DNA from: Macrostomum lignano
Taxonomy: Eukaryota
NCBI GenBank assembly: GCA_002269645.1
Contig: NIVC01000326.1
Coordinates: forward strand, 496,001 to 560,000
Direction: 5' to 3'
Length of the DNA: 64,000 bases
In this document: piece after piece, positions 61,950 through 64,000 of the stretch
How the letters are laid out: each line of letters opens with the position of its first letter
Position numbering within the stretch: the first letter of the stretch is position 1
Position numbers and translations under genes: made by a program
Notes under the pieces: model-generated
The model's database searches: none
What the model was told of the DNA's origin: nothing
What the model saw: the letters and a program-made list of their open reading frames with translations, nothing else

Positions 61950-62394
61950 ATGACAAAGATTGAAACTAGAACCATCAATAAACTCAATAAATCATTGAAT
62001 CAAAGAAACCAGGTATTATATCAATTAAAGGTGTCAAAGTAAAAATCGATCCCACGCAGCAAATAGTTCAGTGTAATGAACAAAGACACAGCATCACAGA
62101 TGAAAAGTCAGGAGGAATCCTACCATTAGCAGCTCTTATTCCGATCATTGCAGGCGCTGTAAGTGCCGCAGGTGGTGTAGCTGGAGGTGTAGCAACTGCT
62201 GTTAAAGCTGGGAATGATAGAGCCCACCAGCTGGAATTGCAAAAGATTGCAAGAGACAAAGGTATAACAATTAAGGCAGGAGAGGGCTGCCCGATCGTGA
62301 TGATTGTGAGAATGAAAATTCTATAAGCAAGTCTGACATTGTCAAAGCCATCATGACACTGCACAATGCTGGGTTTACAATAATGCGGATGTGA
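61950..62394 (+). pseudogene. Adenovirus pX-like small virion protein with two apparent 1-bp frameshifts
   Basis: Middle frame KSGGILPLAALIPIIAGAVSAAGGVAGGVATAV. Restoring one base near 61991 and one near 62292 gives a single ~148-aa ORF ending IVKAIMTLHNAGFTIMRM*. Confidence 0.6.
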
Positions 62395-62517
62395 TGAGGT
62401 TTAAAACCCCACTTTATCCAGCTTCATAAACCTAATACTACTTATAGGATGTAGAAACAGTTCAACTTTTCTATCAGGGTGGTCACCCTCAAAATTTTTT
62501 TTATATTTTCGAGAAAA

Positions 62518-64000
62518 ATGCCAAAAGCTAATCCAGCAAGAGATTTAGTCAACAAATATTTTTCAAAAGGCGTCTCATTTCAAGACAAAAGTAATTCACT
62601 AAGAGAAGCATGCAAACAAAAGTTCAACACCGACCCTGGTCACCTGGGAAGCTATGAAAAACAGTTGGAAATCATCAATCAATTAGAATCAAACCAGTAT
62701 GCGCCTATAAAAAATTCTGCAAAGGAACACCAAGAGAGGAGTCGCAACTTAGTTAACAAATATGAAACTCTCACTGGTGAAAAAGCAAAGTACCCACAAA
62801 ATAAGCAGGAACAAGAGAAATTAGAGCAATTAATCCATTTAAAAGAGTCGGAGCTTGCCACTGAAGAGATTAATTTTGCACAGACGAAGTTTACAGAACA
62901 TTACATAGAGTACACAATCCCAATTAACGGCACCAACGGTACCACCGCAAACATCTACGACTATAAAGACAGCATCCAATCAGTTGTTGATCACACACTC
63001 AAAACACGCAAGACCTTTAAACTACAGATATCATTCAAGATTGCGTTTTATATGCCTGCAAAACCCACTGAGCATCTCGAGTATTACATGACAACAAAGG
63101 CAAAGCCATTCACCCCAACAGACACACTGGATCCTTTCCTTCAAGATGTCAATAAGAAAATTGAAGCGTTTACATCCAGAGGTTCCGGATGGGTCGTGGG
63201 AGGGATTCAAAGAGCGACTGTCAGGTCATGAAATATGACCCACTTAAAGCCTCCTCTTATATAGAGCTCCCGCATAAGCTAGCCGGTAAAAAAGCTTGCA
63301 TAAATGTTAAAAATAAAGACAATTGCTGTGCTCTATGGGCAGTTCTTTCTGCACTTTTTAGTGTCCCTCACCACCCCGAAAGAACCTCAAATTATCAAAA
63401 TTATTTAACTACTATCTCATTGAATGCGAAAAGAAGGGAATCAGGTTTGACAAAGGAGGCTTGGCATCTCTCAGATCCCAAAGCTAGAAGAAGTGTTTAA
63501 TAACAAAATTAGAATCACAGTCTTTGAGTGGAGTGAAAAACTGAGAAAGTTCAACCGGTCAGATGTAGCAAAGACGTTTTAGATCCGAGGGGAAAAGGCG
63601 GACTGAAGTGGATCTTCTAGTGATTGGTAATTTACTAGAGGAGGCTCACTATGTTTGGATTAAAGATCTTTCAAGACTCATTCACAAGCAGTTGAATAAT
63701 CATCACGAGGCTGTTGCCATCTGCCGCTTGTGCCTTAAGCATTACAGTGGACCTGAACGCTTTGAAAAACTAGCAGAGCATGAATTATCATGCGAGGATC
63801 ACCCGACAAACTGCTCTCTTCCTTCAGCTGAAGAGAAGTATCTCCGGTTTAAGAACTATCACAAGATGGAGAAGCTCCCATTTGTTGTATATGCTGATTT
63901 CGAATGCTCAATCGTGCCAGAAACTCAAAAACAAACTCCAAACTCAACTCAAACAAACTCAACTCAAAAACAAACTCAAACTCAAAAACATATCCCCAAT
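62518..64000 (+). pseudogene. Protein-primed B-family DNA polymerase N-terminal part (frameshifted, runs off the window)
   Basis: FTSRGSGW, YDPLKASSYIELP...KKACINVKNKDNCCALWAVLSAL, HYVWIKDLSRL, CRLCL, LRFKNYHK...PFVVYADFEC (Exo I). Several frame changes occur between 63200 and 63610. Confidence 0.85.

Larger units (their letters stand above)
57064..64000. mobile_element. Polinton/Maverick (adintovirus-like) endogenous element, left part; continues beyond the window
   Basis: Co-located rve integrase, parvovirus-type PLA2, pX-like peptide and pPolB N-terminus. A candidate AGTAG terminus lies at 57064, followed by tandem repeats. The left boundary is inferred. Confidence 0.85.

Noticed and set aside
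63915-63995. TQT/KQTQT motifs in PolB as LC8 sites
   Set aside because: Explained by a short ACTCAA-type tandem duplication in a variable loop; low complexity makes the match uninformative.

Overview
Repeat-dense animal (eukaryotic) genomic DNA. The CpG-rich spliced genes and minisatellite-filled introns resemble a Macrostomum-type flatworm, but that is an inference only. (1) 0.4-31.3 kb: a TRAF/MATH gene cluster with four divergent MATH-only genes and two RING/zinc-finger/MATH TRAF genes, both carrying disabling lesions in this sequence. It is interleaved with a defective Mag-like Ty3/Gypsy element, a truncated DIRS/Ngaro-type retroelement whose Gag begins with a SAP-like motif, a hAT-type MITE whose right end is amplified into a ~32 x 50-bp satellite, a 5'-truncated RT-RNase H non-LTR element and further MITEs. 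(2) 33.1-46.4 kb: COG2 and DIMT1 on the minus strand, with a different minisatellite in every intron. (3) 46.4-49.6 kb: an AT-rich block almost devoid of CpG. (4) 50.0-56.3 kb: a very young full-length Gypsy element (340-bp LTRs, 4-bp TSD). (5) ~57.06 kb to window end: the left part of a Polinton/Maverick (adintovirus-like) endogenous virus with a parvovirus-type PLA2, rve integrase, an adenovirus pX-like peptide and the start of a protein-primed PolB. Many frameshifts are single-base losses and may be sequencing or assembly errors. All identifications come from motif recognition by eye; no database searches were run.
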